Part shown: positions 38,446 through 63,359 of the stretch, in pieces
Numbering within the stretch: position 1 is the first letter of the stretch
Layout of the letters: every line of letters starts with the position of its first letter
DNA from: Blastocystis sp. Blastoise
Taxonomy: Eukaryota > Protista > Bigyra: Opalinata
Direction: 5' to 3'
Assembly (NCBI GenBank): GCA_039096225.1
Contig: JBBPEB010000032.1
Span: 930,001 to 994,000 of the forward strand
DNA: 64,000 bases
Program-made: the position numbers and the translations under genes
Notes under the pieces: generated by a model
Databases searched by the model: none
Told to the model about the DNA's origin: nothing
The model's input: the letters and a program-made list of their open reading frames with translations, nothing else

Positions 38446-41060
38446 ATGATTAAAATGTCTTTAAATATGATTCATCTCTTCTTATTTTTCATGACCATTG
38501 TCAATGCAGCTATTCTTGGTATCGATTATGGTTCTGATTTCATGGTAGTCTCTATTATTCGTCCTGGTGCACCTGTAGAAGCTGCATTAGATTTCAACAG
38601 TAAACGAAAGACACCTACAGCTATTCTCTTCGAAGACTCTGCAACTACTTTTGGTTATGATGCTGTAGGTGCTGGTGCTAGAAAACCTCATAATGTATTA
38701 AATCACTTCAGTCGTTTCATTGCTCAAGGAACACAATCTGAATATGTTGGATATTTTAAAGATTTAGCTTATCCTTTTGAATTTGTTCCTAATAATCGTT
38801 CTACTTTAGATGTGAAGTTCCCTGAAAATACTGGATTCAAGGATATTGAAACTCTTTCTTCTGAAGAAGTTTCTGCTTTATTATTAGAATATGCAAAGAC
38901 TATTGGTGAACATGCTGATGATGGAAAAGAAATCAAAGATGTTGCTATAGCTGTTCCTGCTTTTTGGACTCATCACCAAAGAATGGCTATAAAGAATGCT
39001 GCTCGTTTAGCTGGTTTAAATGTATTAACTTTAATTGATTACCCTACTTCTGCAGCACTTCAATATTCTATTAATAAGATATTCCCAAATAGTACTCAGA
39101 AAGTTATGTTTTATGATATGGGAGGTTCTTCTACTCATGTTGTTATAGCTGAATATTCTACAAAAGTAATTCCTAAACAAGTTCCTAAGAGATATTTTAG
39201 AATATTATCAAAAACTTGGGATGAATTCTTAGGAGGAAATAATATTGATATTGAATTAATGAATTATTTTATTAATGATTTTGAAAAGAAAACTAATTTG
39301 GATGTATCCAATCAATATAAAGTACTTCATAAATTCCGTACTTTAGCTACTAAATATAAAGAGGTCATGACAGTAAATGAACGTATTCCTGTACATGAAG
39401 GAAGTATATATCAAGAGAAAGATTATAGTTTATTATTAGAACGAAAAACATTGAATTCACTTATAGAGAAAGATATTGCCGATCGTATAGCTGCACCTGC
39501 TCTTCAAGCACTCCAAGATGCTGGACTTACTAGTGTAAGCTTTATTTTTATTTTTGTTTTTATTTTATTTTTATGTTTATTTTTGTTTTTGTTTTATTTT
39601 TATTTTTATAATTATTTTTATACTTGATTTTATAAATTTTTTTTATACTTTATTTTATAACTTATTATAATAATGAATACCTATATCTTTATATAATAGG
39701 GTGATTTATATGGTGTTGAGATTATTGGTGGAGGTGTACGGGTCCCTCTTATTCAGAACATTCTTAAGAAGGCTCTTCATAAGGAGACTCTTGATACTCA
39801 TATGAATGGAGATGAAACTGTTGCTTTTGGTATATAGATATATATATAGATATTGATGGCTTAATTTATTTTATTATTTAATTATAGATCTATTATATAT
39901 ATATATATAGATGACTTGATTTGATTTATTATTTCATTATAGATCTATTATATATATATATATATATATAGGAGCTGCGTTCCGTGCTGCTAATTTAAGT
40001 CGTGCGTTTAAAACTCGATTTATAGGTATGACTGATTATAATCCTTATAGTGTGAAACTTCATCTCTATCGAAATAATGATGATGAATCATTTAATGAAG
40101 AAGAAGAAGAACCTAGAAATCAAGATTTCATATATAATAAAGGAGAAGAAGGATATACTATTGATCTTTTCAAAAAAGGAAGTAATTATAAATCACAAAA
40201 AACCGTGGGATTCCATGCTTACAAAGATTTCTATGTTCATGTTTATTATAATGATTCTACTCAACTCTCCAAAGGCAATCCTACCACTATATATCGTTAC
40301 AAAGTGTCTGGTGTTAAGGAGGCGTTGAATTCCGTTAATAATCGTATTGGATCCCCCAATATTACTATGATTTATGTGAATGACGCTGATGGTACTATTT
40401 ATGTACGTGACGCATTCATGAAGATTCGCTATGAAGGACAAGAAGAAATTGAGATCGATGTTCCGCTCTCTGAACAGACAGTTGATAACAATAATACTAC
40501 TACTGCTTCTGATAATAATGATACTACTACTACTACTACTACTGCTTCTGATAATAATGATACTACAACTGCTACTACTCCAGAATCAGATACTGTTTCT
40601 GATGATGCTGAAACACCTGCTGAGAATACGGAAACACCCAGTGAAGACACAGAAACGCCTGCTGAAAATACAACTGAAACTTCTGAAAAACCAAAGGGTG
40701 AAGAGAATAATTCTACAGAAACTGACACTGATAATGAAGAGAAGAAGAAAGAAGAAAAACCAAAAACTATGAAGAAGAAGATTATGGTTAATAAGAAGAA
40801 GATTCGTAAGATTCGTTTAACGTTGACTCCTGTTTATCTGGATAATGAAGAATATATATATCAACTCAACGATGATGAATTTAAAGCTAGTCAAGAAAAA
40901 TTAAAGTATATTCGTCGTATGAATGAGAAGAAGAGAGAGCATGGAAAAGCAGTCAATGATTTTGAAGGATATATATATTATGCTCAACAGCGTATTACTG
41001 AAGATGATTATATCAGTCATAGTCAAGAAGGAGAAATACAAGTATATATATTATAATATT

Positions 41061-41152
<92 letters not shown>

Positions 41153-41728
41153 GAGATTGAGACTTTATTATCTTCCATGGATGATTGGTTTGCTGAAGAA
41201 GCTGATGATACTACACCAACGAAAGTATATAAAGATAAATATTTGGAGATGAAGAGCGCTGTAGAAGTCGTAGAGAATCGTATTGCTGAAGAAAAAGCAA
41301 AGATTGAAAAAGAAAGAAAAGAAAAAGAAGAAGCAGAACGAAAGAAGAAAGAAGAAGAAGAAAAGAAAAAGAAAGAAGAAGAAGATAAGAAAAAGAAAGA
41401 AGAAGAAACAAAGAAAAAAGACAATGAAAAATCTTCTTCTGAAGAGAATACAACAGCTACAGAAGTAAAGATGGAGAAAGCTGATGAAGAATCAAAGAAT
41501 ACTAATTCAGCAACTGAAGATGATAAAGAAACTGAAGAATTCAAAAATATGTCTGAAGCTGAACAAAAAACCTATTTTGATAATAAATTAAAAGATTTAA
41601 AGAAACGATATAGAGAAGAAATGAATAAAGAAGGAAAAGAATTCAATGAAAAAGAATTCGATGATATTTTCAATAACATTAAATTAAAGAAAAACCCAAA
41701 TCTCAAGAAAGAAGAGCCTGAATTATAA
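38446..41728 (+). CDS. HYOU1: ER Hsp70-family nucleotide exchange factor GRP170/HYOU1 (4 exons)
   Basis: Signal peptide, ILGIDYGS, SKRKTP, FYDMGGSST, IGGGVRVP, MNGDETVAFGAAFRAANLS, acidic insertion, NDFEGYIY, C-terminal EPEL. Confidence 0.9.
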
Positions 41729-42377
41729 TCATGTTGTTTTTGTTCTATGTTTTTACATACTTTATTTTCTTCAATGTATAATATAATTCATAATTATTAT
41801 ATATATTATATATTGTTTTGCCTTATTGGGTCGTTCTATTATTTTTCCTCTACTTGTTTTCTCTTTTTTTCATTAATTGTTGAGGTATTTTATTTACTCT
41901 TTTAACTATGGTTTTCTTATTTGTTTTGTCTTTCATTTTATTTATATTAAATAATATACGTTATTTTTGGTGTGTAAGTAAATCAAGTTGACTATTCATA
42001 TTTGAGTATTTAATATATTAAAATGCATTAATTATTTAAAGATTACTTAGTGTGAAAAATAAGAGAATTTTAATAGAATATATAGATGATATTTTCAAAG
42101 AGTTATAAGAATGATTTTAAAATAAGCTAAAAAAAAACAAGATATGTGTATGTATATCAACTGATAAATACGAATAATAAAGGCAAATGATTACAATAAC
42201 AAATAAATAAATATAAAAAATAGAAAAAAAGTGAATAATACATCACAATATTTATGACAATGATGATTATTAAATGCCTAAATAGATAAAAATGAAAGAA
42301 TAGAATAGAAACGAAAGGATAGATTATAGATCCTATTCATATATAGAATCGTATCACATATGTCTTTCTTATTATAT

Positions 42378-43321
<944 letters not shown>

Positions 43322-44391
43322 CTATAAAGTCTATGTGAAATTATAAATACAAAGAATAATGCTCTTACTTACGTTCTTATAAAGGAAATAAACGAAAACA
43401 AAATGCTAAACCATGCTGGAATTCTCATGAAGACATTCTCACGATTTTTTTGAACTAAACGAGAGAGCAAGTGTCATTTCTAATTACAGTGTTTTTCATT
43501 AGAAATAGCAAATGTAAAGAGAATTTCGCTTTTTATTTTGTAAAAAATACAATTAAAAACGATTATTGTACTATGGTAGTTTCTATGTTTATATCTTTAT
43601 TATACTGGAAACTGTGTATATTATTTAAATGTTAATGAATATACAAATAGAGTATATTGCATACATTTATTTTTTCACTGAATATTTATATATAAACAAC
43701 AAATATTATTATTAGTAATTCTTACCTTTTAAAATCTTAATCTGGTCTTTATTAATTCCTATTTTATTGAGATATTTCTGTTAAGACATACAATTAGTTA
43801 CAATCATGTTTTTATAATCTGATTAAGAATGAAAAAAGTTTTTTACATATATTTTTATAAAAATATTTAATATATATTGTTTAATGAACGAAAATTGTAT
43901 TTGCAAGAGATGAACAGTCATATATATATAAATAAAATGAAAAAAAAATATTATGAATGTTATTAGAAACTAAAATCGTTAAATTATCTTTATGCAGATA
44001 TAGACTTTTCATCTCTAATCAAGATATTTGAAAAAGCACTCAGAAATAAGAAATCAAGTTGTAATAAAAGGAAATAAAATAAATTTGAGAAAAATTACAG
44101 TAAATTGTTTTTTAAATTGCTTTTATAGTTGTTTTACTAATTTATGTTTTATTATTATGCAAAAAAATCACATTTTAAGACATTTATCTTTATTCTATAT
44201 ATTCTACTATTTATTGTTATTTTTAAAACCATTCTTATTTTTTTATGCTTAGAGAATTACCTAAGAATACTTGTTTTATCTGTTTATGGAATAGAGATAC
44301 ATCATATCACAATAAATTCATATACCAATTTATCACATTACATTAGAATCTACCCTATAAGTTTCATTTGAAAAATAAAAGAATAAAAATT

Positions 44392-44473
44392 CGACAACTG
44401 CAGGATTCGAACCTGCGCGGGCAAAGCCCAGTAGATTTCTAGTCTACCTCCTTAACCACTCGGACAAATTGTC
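44392..44473 (-). tRNA. tRNA-Ser(AGA)
   Basis: Reverse complement GACAATTTGTCCGAGTGGTTAAGGAGGTAGACTAGAAATCTACTGGGCTTTGCCCGCGCAGGTTCGAATCCTGCAGTTGTCG: anticodon loop CT-AGA-AA, long variable arm, T-loop TTCGAAT, discriminator G. Confidence 0.96.
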
Positions 44474-45092
44474 TATAAAAATTCTTTTCTAACTTATATG
44501 ATTAAAATAATATTTTGTCCAATATGACTCTTGTTTATCCATTTTATTTCGTTACTTTTATGTTATTATACTATTTTAAATCACTTAATTGAAATTATAC
44601 GATAATTACAAATATTTTAGTAATTTGTTTTGATAAAAAAATGATTATCTATTTATGACTAATTTATTCACAATATCTATTAACAATATTTTATTCTAAA
44701 AATAATAATGAGTATGAATAGCCAAAATTAGATAGTTTTTCTCAGTCTTCTCTTTCAATAAGAATTTTGCAACGAGCAATTTCTTACGAGATTAATAACA
44801 GATTATTGGATTTAATTCAAGAATTATTCTGAAAACTCTTTTGAGAAAAACAGAACCAGTCTAATTGACATCTGTGCTAATTTAAGATATAGAAATAAAT
44901 TTTCTTGGAGTATATTTTCTACTTAGGGTATAGTTTGACACCTCGTGGAGTCACGTAAAGCACAAAGTGTGTTTAAAGAATGAAGAAAAGAAATAACCGT
45001 GATTAAATGATGCAAGAAAAAGGGAATCTTTCCAAAAAATTTGGTTTAATTATTTAACAACAAAGAGTTCTATTGATAATAGAAGCATTCAA

Positions 45093-45912
45093 ATGTATCT
45101 ATTCTGTTATATAATTGTCTTGCTAGGATGGATAATACAATGTAATTTTTTTATTTTTCTACAATGATTATGGTTTGTAGGTAATTCTATTTGTTATTCT
45201 CCTACAATAACAATCAATCTCGTGCGGAATATATCTAAATATAATAAAGGTGAGAAATTAACACTTTATGAAGGAGATGAAATTACTGGAGTCATTCAAT
45301 ATCAATGGGAAAGTAAATCCTCAAGTGTTGGAACTATAACTGAATCCATTTGTTTGTTACCGAAGCGTCATACGATTGTAATGGAAAGTTTGTATGTAAT
45401 TATTGTCTATTTTTGTGAATAGTTTTATTTAGAACTGGAAATGGTTGGGGTGATGCGTCAAATGAGAATATATACACGTTCAGTGACAGTAGAAATTTAA
45501 ATTTTGTTGCCTATATGCCATATCATATAGCAAATACATATTTTATTGATTATCTTGTTGTAGATAGTATATATATATTGTGTTATGGAAAGGATATATT
45601 CTACTGTGTTATCTAATATATATATATATATATATATTGTTATTGTTATTCTTTCTAGTTAATATGATTCGTGGATTTGGGACAGAATATAAGTATTTAT
45701 TTTCAGATGATATCGAATATAGTTGGACGTCTTCAGATTTCGATGATTCGACATGGTTAACTACTTCTTCTTATATGCCTTCTTCCTCTTTGTTCTTATT
45801 ATCTCGTAATCCATTCACTATTGATGACTCTATTGTCGGTCTACGTATATACGTAAAAGCTTATTATTCATTTCATATTTTTGTTAATGGAAGAGAAGTA
45901 GGATTAATAACC

Positions 45913-45952
<40 letters not shown>

Positions 45953-47404
45953 GATTATATTATAGATTACATAATACTAATCCTGATGTTCCTTTTTCAA
46001 AGTATATATTATAATGATTATAATAAGAATAATTATTATAACTATTTCTTTTATTCACTGTCCTATCTTTTTATTCTTTAATTATATATATATATATAGA
46101 TTAGAGCCTTATATAATTATTGTACCTCGGTATTACCTTCTCTATACAACTACTACGAATATAGTTTGCTTATTATTCTTTGCTAGTCGTTCTTCTACTA
46201 TTATGTATGAATATAGTGTCACTACTATTGTCTCCAAAGAAGGTATATATATAGATATATATAGATATATAAATCTTATTCTATATAAATAATAACTCTT
46301 ATTTTATATAGATTATCCAATTACAATACAGAATTCGTATTTATTTGGCGCTATGACGTGCAAGGCAGTCGAAACACCATCCTGCGACAGTCTTCTTGCC
46401 CCATTCTCAACGACTTCTCTCTCTATCGTAGGAAATACACTCACTGCCACATTAACTGTCGCAAATAGAACGTATATATCATACTATAAATAGATATTAT
46501 GATTTATTCTTATTCATATATATACTCTTTTCTTTCTTCCTCTCATTATATGTATATGTGCATTTTTTTTTCTCTATATATATATATATATATTTCTCTC
46601 TCTCTCTCTATATATATATAGTATTCTTTGGTTCAATCAATATGTATTAAGCTTAAGTCATTCTATGGCTACTTCTATTTCTGCTTCTTGGAATGTATAT
46701 GGTGTTACGAATGGGTATCAAAGAATTGTATTAGATCGAAAGAGAGATATTCAATTCACATCTACATATACTTCAGAAACTTCTAAACTATATACATCAA
46801 ACTATTTATTCTCTCAAGTCACATTAGAATTATGTATATATATTTATTTATATATTTATTAATATTTATTTATTTATATTTATTTACTTATTTATTAATT
46901 AATTAATTTATATTTATTTATTTCTACTTCCAAGTATATATATATATATATCTATTCTATTCATAGATGATGTTGATCCCAATAATTTTAAAGTAGATAT
47001 GTTTGGGTTATTTATTAATAATTTCCCTTATCAACCAGATACTCTTCTTTATAATTCTCAAGTCAATCTATATGTTGGAAAAGAACCTGTATTCTTATAT
47101 CCATATACAAATGTATATACATCATTTTCTGTTCAACCCCAATTCCCCGCGGGAATCGAGATTAATGAGGAAACAGGTACTATTGCTGTGGATCTATGGG
47201 GAGATTATCCATGGACATCTACCTATAAAATAACAGCTATTCATAGTCAGGAACAAACAAATAGCTCTTTCTTTTTGACTGTTTATTTTCATAGTATTTA
47301 TATAGATATACAATAAAATTGTTATATATATATATATTTTTTTTTATATATTGTCTTTTTTATTATATATATAATATTATTTATCATTTTGTATAGTAAC
47401 TTTA

Positions 47405-47440
<36 letters not shown>

Positions 47441-50400
47441 TTTTTTATTATATATACTATTATTTATCATTTTATTTATTTTGATTTCTACATATATATA
47501 TATATAGCTTGTCTTTATCCTCAGTATATTCCTGTATATATACAATGGCAAGTTACGAATACTACTCAATATTCCTATACAATAACCTCTTTTTCAAATA
47601 CTGTTCTTCATTCCTCTACAACACCTTATTATGAACCTTATACTTATCTTTGTATACCTGCTGCCGACTTCACTGTAACTCTATATTATAACGGTATATC
47701 TCCTCTTCCTACAAATGATGATGGACCCAATAATCGACTGTTTATTAATCTCCGTTATGAACAAGAGGAACAGTTCTTAATGAATACCATTAGCTTCAAA
47801 GGATCTACTACTTCGAATAATACTACTGTTCCTGTAGCTTATCCTCTTTACTATGGATTTTATGACAATTTATATATAGATCAACAAACAATTAATAATA
47901 GAGTATATACAGAATTAACTATACCTGATACTCCATTTAAACAAGGAACTCCATCTGTTAGTCGTCTTTGGATACTTAAATATCGTATTAATATTCCAAA
48001 TATAGAAACATTTGTAGGTTATGAAATCAAGATCCATATTCACGGGGGATTCGTGTTTTATTTGGGATCACAGGAAGTATTTCGTTATAATGTCGAAAGA
48101 GGGGATATTTCTGATTCTTTAGGTCTCCTTAATGATCAAGATCAATATATATGGTATACATTCTTTGGTGATCTTCAATTCTTTTCGAAAACTAATAATT
48201 GGTTCTTATTCTTTATTCTAAATCCGACTGAAATCGATCTGAAAGCTGTTGATTTTCAAATGACTTATCGTTATATTCCTGTCGATACATCCCTCACTTC
48301 CTTATGGTCTATATATACTACTATATCTAATGTTATTTATAATATCCATAGAACTCCTATTATTAATAATTCTTCGAATCATTCAAATACATTAAATGGT
48401 ACTAATCCTCTTCATAAATATACTAATTCTCATTCATTTTCTTCTTCTTCTTCTTCTTCTTCTCATTCATTTTCTTCTTCTCCTGATTCATTTTCTTCTT
48501 CTCCCTCTTCTCCTCAGAATACTTATGTTACTAATACTATTATTAGTAATGCTATGACTACATCTACATACTCCAATCCTCTATATCTCTTTGATCAAAA
48601 TTACTATACATATTTCATATTCCAAACAAAAGATATTTCGAAACCTGTTAATATATCTATAGAAATGGATCTTCATATGGCTATTTATTTCAATATGTAT
48701 TGTATCATTAGTTCTTATTCTCCTTCTATTACCGATCCCTCCAATTGGAATCTCTATGGCGTTCTCTATACTGGGGAAGAAGTTCTCCTCGACACACAAT
48801 TAAACGTCCATTTCTCTATAGCCCAAGAACGTAAATGTTTCTATATACCAACCTCTACATCATTCTATACTAAAATCATTATAAGATTTCTACATCATTT
48901 GATTGAAACTGCTACTACATATTCTATATCAGATATTGAATTCTATATAGAGAATCTCTCTAATAAATATCTTACAAAGATGGATCTATATATATCATCT
49001 TTAGATAGTTATTATCTTAATAATATCCCTGTTATCTATACGAAATCACCTTATTATTATAAATTATTTATTACTCCTTCTCCCAAACATCTTCTCTTCG
49101 ACACTAGTACAGCTACATTATATGGAGTTGTAAAAGAAGATGAATATGATTCATTTATTATTTCTGGATATGCATTAGATAATACTACTGTTTCTAAATC
49201 TATATCGTTTCATCATCAATATTGTTATTATCCTTATGTAGATCTCTCTATTGTTATCTATACAAATATATATGGCTATGATTATTACTTTAAATTATCT
49301 TCTTTTACTTCAGGTACTTTATTCTCATTACCTTCTCTTGTCTCTAATTATACCCAAACTATTCATATATGTCATGTAGTTACTTACTTTTCAATTAGTC
49401 TTTATCAGAAAATATATATTCCTGAAGGATATATAGATATACAATATAAAGTTGGAGATATTATATATAAACATATAAGCTTAACAGGAAAAGTCCCCAA
49501 TTTATCAGGATTCTTTTTAAGTTATATTATTACTCCTAGTAATTTGCTATGGAAGATTAATAATGATAATTATGATTTCGATCCTTTTTGGATGAATTCT
49601 TATAACGATAAACCATGGACTCGAGTTATTTCTAAAAATATACCTATATTTCATAGTAATACTATATATGTTATATCTGAATTCACTTTAGAAAATATAG
49701 CTACATATGATGGTTTATATATAGAAATGACTTCTTCTTATGCTTATACATTTTATATAAATGGAAGAGAAATCATTCGTCTCGGACTTCCAGAAGGACC
49801 TTTAACGAAAGATACTTTAGCTTTTGAAGTATATCCTGAAACATGTGTTCAAAAGAGACTTCTACGTCTTGGAGATATATGGATTCCTTTGAATAAGAAC
49901 GTTACTATTGCTATTGAGTTTCATCGTACACTTATAGATCAATCAAATCCTTTATTTTCATTATATATCTCGTTACCTTCTGTTACTATTCTACGTAATG
50001 ATGGACTATATGCATATTCGAAATCTAAAGAATCTAATTCTATGCTTAATCACATGCTTTCCTCTCCATTAATTGTAATACCTCCTTCTGATTCCTTCGA
50101 TGATAATGATCCACCTTATTCTCTTCAGAATGTTAATAAGATACCGGGTTCTTTTATAAAGAATGATTATATGATGAATTTATTTCTTACTGAATCCACT
50201 GATGTATATATAACAGGACCTGATTGTATAGGAACAGAAATATACTTTATATATGAAGAAGGACATCGTGAAATCATTAATTCCTATTCATTTACTTCAG
50301 GTCCAACATGTAATATGCGTCATCCCTCGTCATGGGTATTTGAAGGATCAAATGAAGAAGATGATTGGATAGTGCTAGATTACCGTAAGGATATAGTCTT

Positions 50401-51460
50401 TACGCTTTCTGAAACGGTACATTTTGAGTTATTTACCTATGACACTCCATATAAAGCTTTTCGATTTCGTATATTAGAATGTGCGAACCAAAGTGATCCT
50501 CCAAATGACCCTAAATGCTTATATGAATTATATCCAAATAGTTATGGATTTCAACTTAATAGTATACTCTTATATCATATGAAACAAGAGATCTCTTGTA
50601 CAGGTACTGATTCTCTTTCAGATGCTATTGATACAGGCTATGCTTACGGGAAATGTCCTATAGATTATGTAGGCTTTGTGTCTGCCTTGTGTAATAAAGG
50701 TGAATTCACATTTACTGAGAATTACTGTCAGGCTAATAGTACTTGGGCTATTCTTTATCCAAATTCTATTTATCAATTTTATTTATTTCAGTCTATTTCT
50801 CCTTTGATTCCTTCTCGTCAACTCTCCTTTGCTTATTGTTCTATAACACCAGAATTACCACGGGGACTTTTATTTAATACAACTAATGCAGCTATTTCAG
50901 GAACATTCTATTTCTCATTCTCTCCTATTGAATTCAGTGTTCTTTGCCGTTATAATAATGATGTTGCGAAAGGGTCCGTCACTATTGGATGTTCTTTAAG
51001 TTTTCAACAAATTATGTATATCGTTCTCATTTGTATAGGTATTCTACTTATAGCAGGACTGGTAATTCTTATACGATATATTTCATGTTGTCATATTGCT
51101 AAGAAGAAATCTGGACCATATGCGTCATTGATGACGCAGTCATCGTTAGCTCCGCATGAGTCGATTGAATTATCAATTGTCCCGAAAACCAAGAGAATGT
51201 CTTATATTTATGGGAATGAAAATGGATATACAATGGATAATATATCTTCAAGAGATACTATTATTAATATGAGATCACAATTAGTACCTCCTTCTGTATC
51301 TAGTATGGGGTCTGTATACTCACAATCATCTATATCCAGCTTAGAGAGGGATCTGGAGGGATCTATTTCTCATATGCACGTGATCTTGAAAGGATCTTAT
51401 AGTAAAGAAATCGTTTCTCATTATACACAAGGAAATACTGTGAAATATACTTCATCATAA
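45093..51460 (+). CDS. Giant type-I membrane surface protein, paralog of the 6116-13410 gene (~10 exons)
   Basis: Signal peptide; GNGWG, FVNGREV, DPSNWNLYG, RHPSSWVFEGSN, PELPRGLLFNTTNAAISG; TM IMYIVLICIGILLIAGLVILI; all introns GT-AG. Confidence 0.82.
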
Positions 51461-52884
51461 TTGAATTGAATTTATTTTTGTTCTTCTTTTTGTTCTTCTT
51501 TTGTTCTTCTTTTGTTCTTCTTTTTATTCTTCTTTTTATTCTTCTTTTTATTCTTCTTTTTGTTCTTCTTTTTGTTCTTATTCCTATTATTGTTTATTAT
51601 ATTCCTATTCTTATTCTTATTCCTATTCTTTTCCTATTTCTATTATTGTTTTTATTATATTTTTATTGTTATTTTTATAATTTGATATTTGTTGATAATT
51701 ATGAATTTTTGTCATTTTTATTATTTCTAGAAAAGTACTGTATTTATGATCTTTTTTCTTTTGCTCTATATGCAGTTATCATATTTTTCTACCCCTTATT
51801 ATTATATAAGAACAAATCTTCATTTCATATTCACTATTATATTTTATTTAAATACTTCTTTATATATATATGTGTAAATTCTTCTATTCTGTTATATGTA
51901 TGTGATTATTCATTACAATATTTTATTTATGTTTCTTTTATTTATCCTCAAACGCTCTCTTCTTATTATACTATTCAACTATTATTTATAAGCATATTCT
52001 GACATATGTTTAAATTAAGTTGTAGTTATTATTATTCATTTTATATTTATACATATTCTTGTTGTTATTGTTATACGTTTTGTGCTTTTTTTATAATCCA
52101 GAGAATTAGATATATATATATGATATATATATGTTATATACATTTTATTTTTATATTTATTTTGTAATTCTATATATTTATACACCATAGATCATTTAAT
52201 TAATTCATTTCATTTATATATATATTTGTTTTGGATTTTGTGTTTTCTCTTTTCGTACTATTCCTATTTTTTTTGTCATTCAAATGTATATATCATTATT
52301 CTATTTACTTTACATGTTCATACTTTATTAATTATATAAAAAGAAGCATATTCTTTTCGTTTATATATTAACCGTCATCGTTTTATTTGTGCTTTGTTTA
52401 TATCCTTTTTTTTTTTGCATTTAAAAATAAATATGTTTTGGTATTTCTTCATTCAAAAGATGTGAAATGTTCAGTCTTAAATATAGACAATAAATATAAC
52501 TACTAGCATATATATATTTAATGATAAAATTAACACAAGAATTTAATAATAAATAGAAATATATATATTTAATTCCTCTTTAATTATTGCTTGGTGCTTC
52601 AATGAATCCGAATAAGTTCATGTATTAGAATAATAGACACATATAATTCTAACATGTTCTCGTTAAATTAGTTTATTCTCTTATATTACATATATTTTAC
52701 TATAAATGATCATTCCTTAAATGTACTCTAAAAAGTTATGGAATACATTCTTGAAGAATAAAATAAATGTACAAAAAACACAAATTGTGAGAAATATCTA
52801 AAAAAATAATGGAAACACATAAGAATACCACGGTTATCTTTTAAGAATACTTTTCTTATTCTTTATTCAGGTTACCCACATATA

Positions 52885-60388
<7,504 letters not shown>

Positions 60389-60843
60389 TTTTCTTTTAGG
60401 ACTAGTCACTCTTATTAATTTAAATTGATATATTATCTTTTTGTTGTTTGTTTCATAACTGTTCATTCTCCGTAATTACTATTATTTACTATAACGGATA
60501 TTTCTATTATGTAAAGAGAACCTTTATTCATTTATATGATTTGTAGTCTATATATTTTATCAACTATTTTGCATTTCGACTGATTTGTCATCATTAAAAG
60601 TAATCAAATCATGCTGATACATGCATTTCTCTTCATAACTAAAGATGTGGCACACAAATATATATCTTTAAACAAACGGAAAAAATACAGGTTATTCATG
60701 GTTATTTCCAAAGAGAGAAACATTTTTACATTTTTTACATTATATTTTTCCTTTTTAAAAAAGTCTGCTAGAAAAGTGTATAACTGGATTATATCCTATA
60801 TATAACAATAGTTCAGATCCTACAGAATAGTCCTTAGTAAAAC

Positions 60844-62679
<1,836 letters not shown>

Positions 62680-63359
62680 TTTACTATCTATTTCTATTTC
62701 TCTCAGAATAATCAGGTTATCAAGTTAAATAATCTTCTATTTAATTATATTATTATACTCTATATATGTATATTATTTTCTTTTCTTTTTCTCTCTTTAT
62801 ACTTTGTTGTTGTATTTATTATTAGGATTATACACATTGATCTTTTTATTATTATATATGTATATTAGCCATGTGTTTTATATATCTTACCAGCTGTTGC
62901 GTATATATTCATAATTATACTTGTATTGCTTATATATACACCTCTTCTTCAATTTTCCTCTTATGTTGTTCTTTTGGCTTTATTCTCAACATATAAACAA
63001 CAATTATATTCTTTGTGGCCTAGTTTTGTTTATATCTTTTATATTATTATATTACTATTGTTGATATTCATATAATAACTATAATTACTTCTTCTTAGCG
63101 ATAGCAATGAAACAGTCAAAAGCATAAAGTATATATATTATTTTTGTACTAATATTTTCATTAAAGAATTTTAAAACTATAATTTATAAAAAAGGCATAT
63201 TTAAGTCACTGATTTAATAGAATTGCATGATAGAATATGTGATTATTCACTAGAAACCATTGTTAAGATACAAAGAATTACTACTTATTGAAAATAAAAC
63301 AAAAAAAAGTATTAAGCTTAGCAAGAAAAAAAAAGTATAATGATATAGAAAGCGAATCA

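Noticed and set aside
51466-52002. Low-complexity ORFs (also 1122-1445, 5505-5843, 12349-12627, 40431-40772, 55325-55687 and the antisense ORFs)
   Set aside because: They are products of AT-rich UTRs, intronic microsatellites or shadows of real genes; no coding signature.
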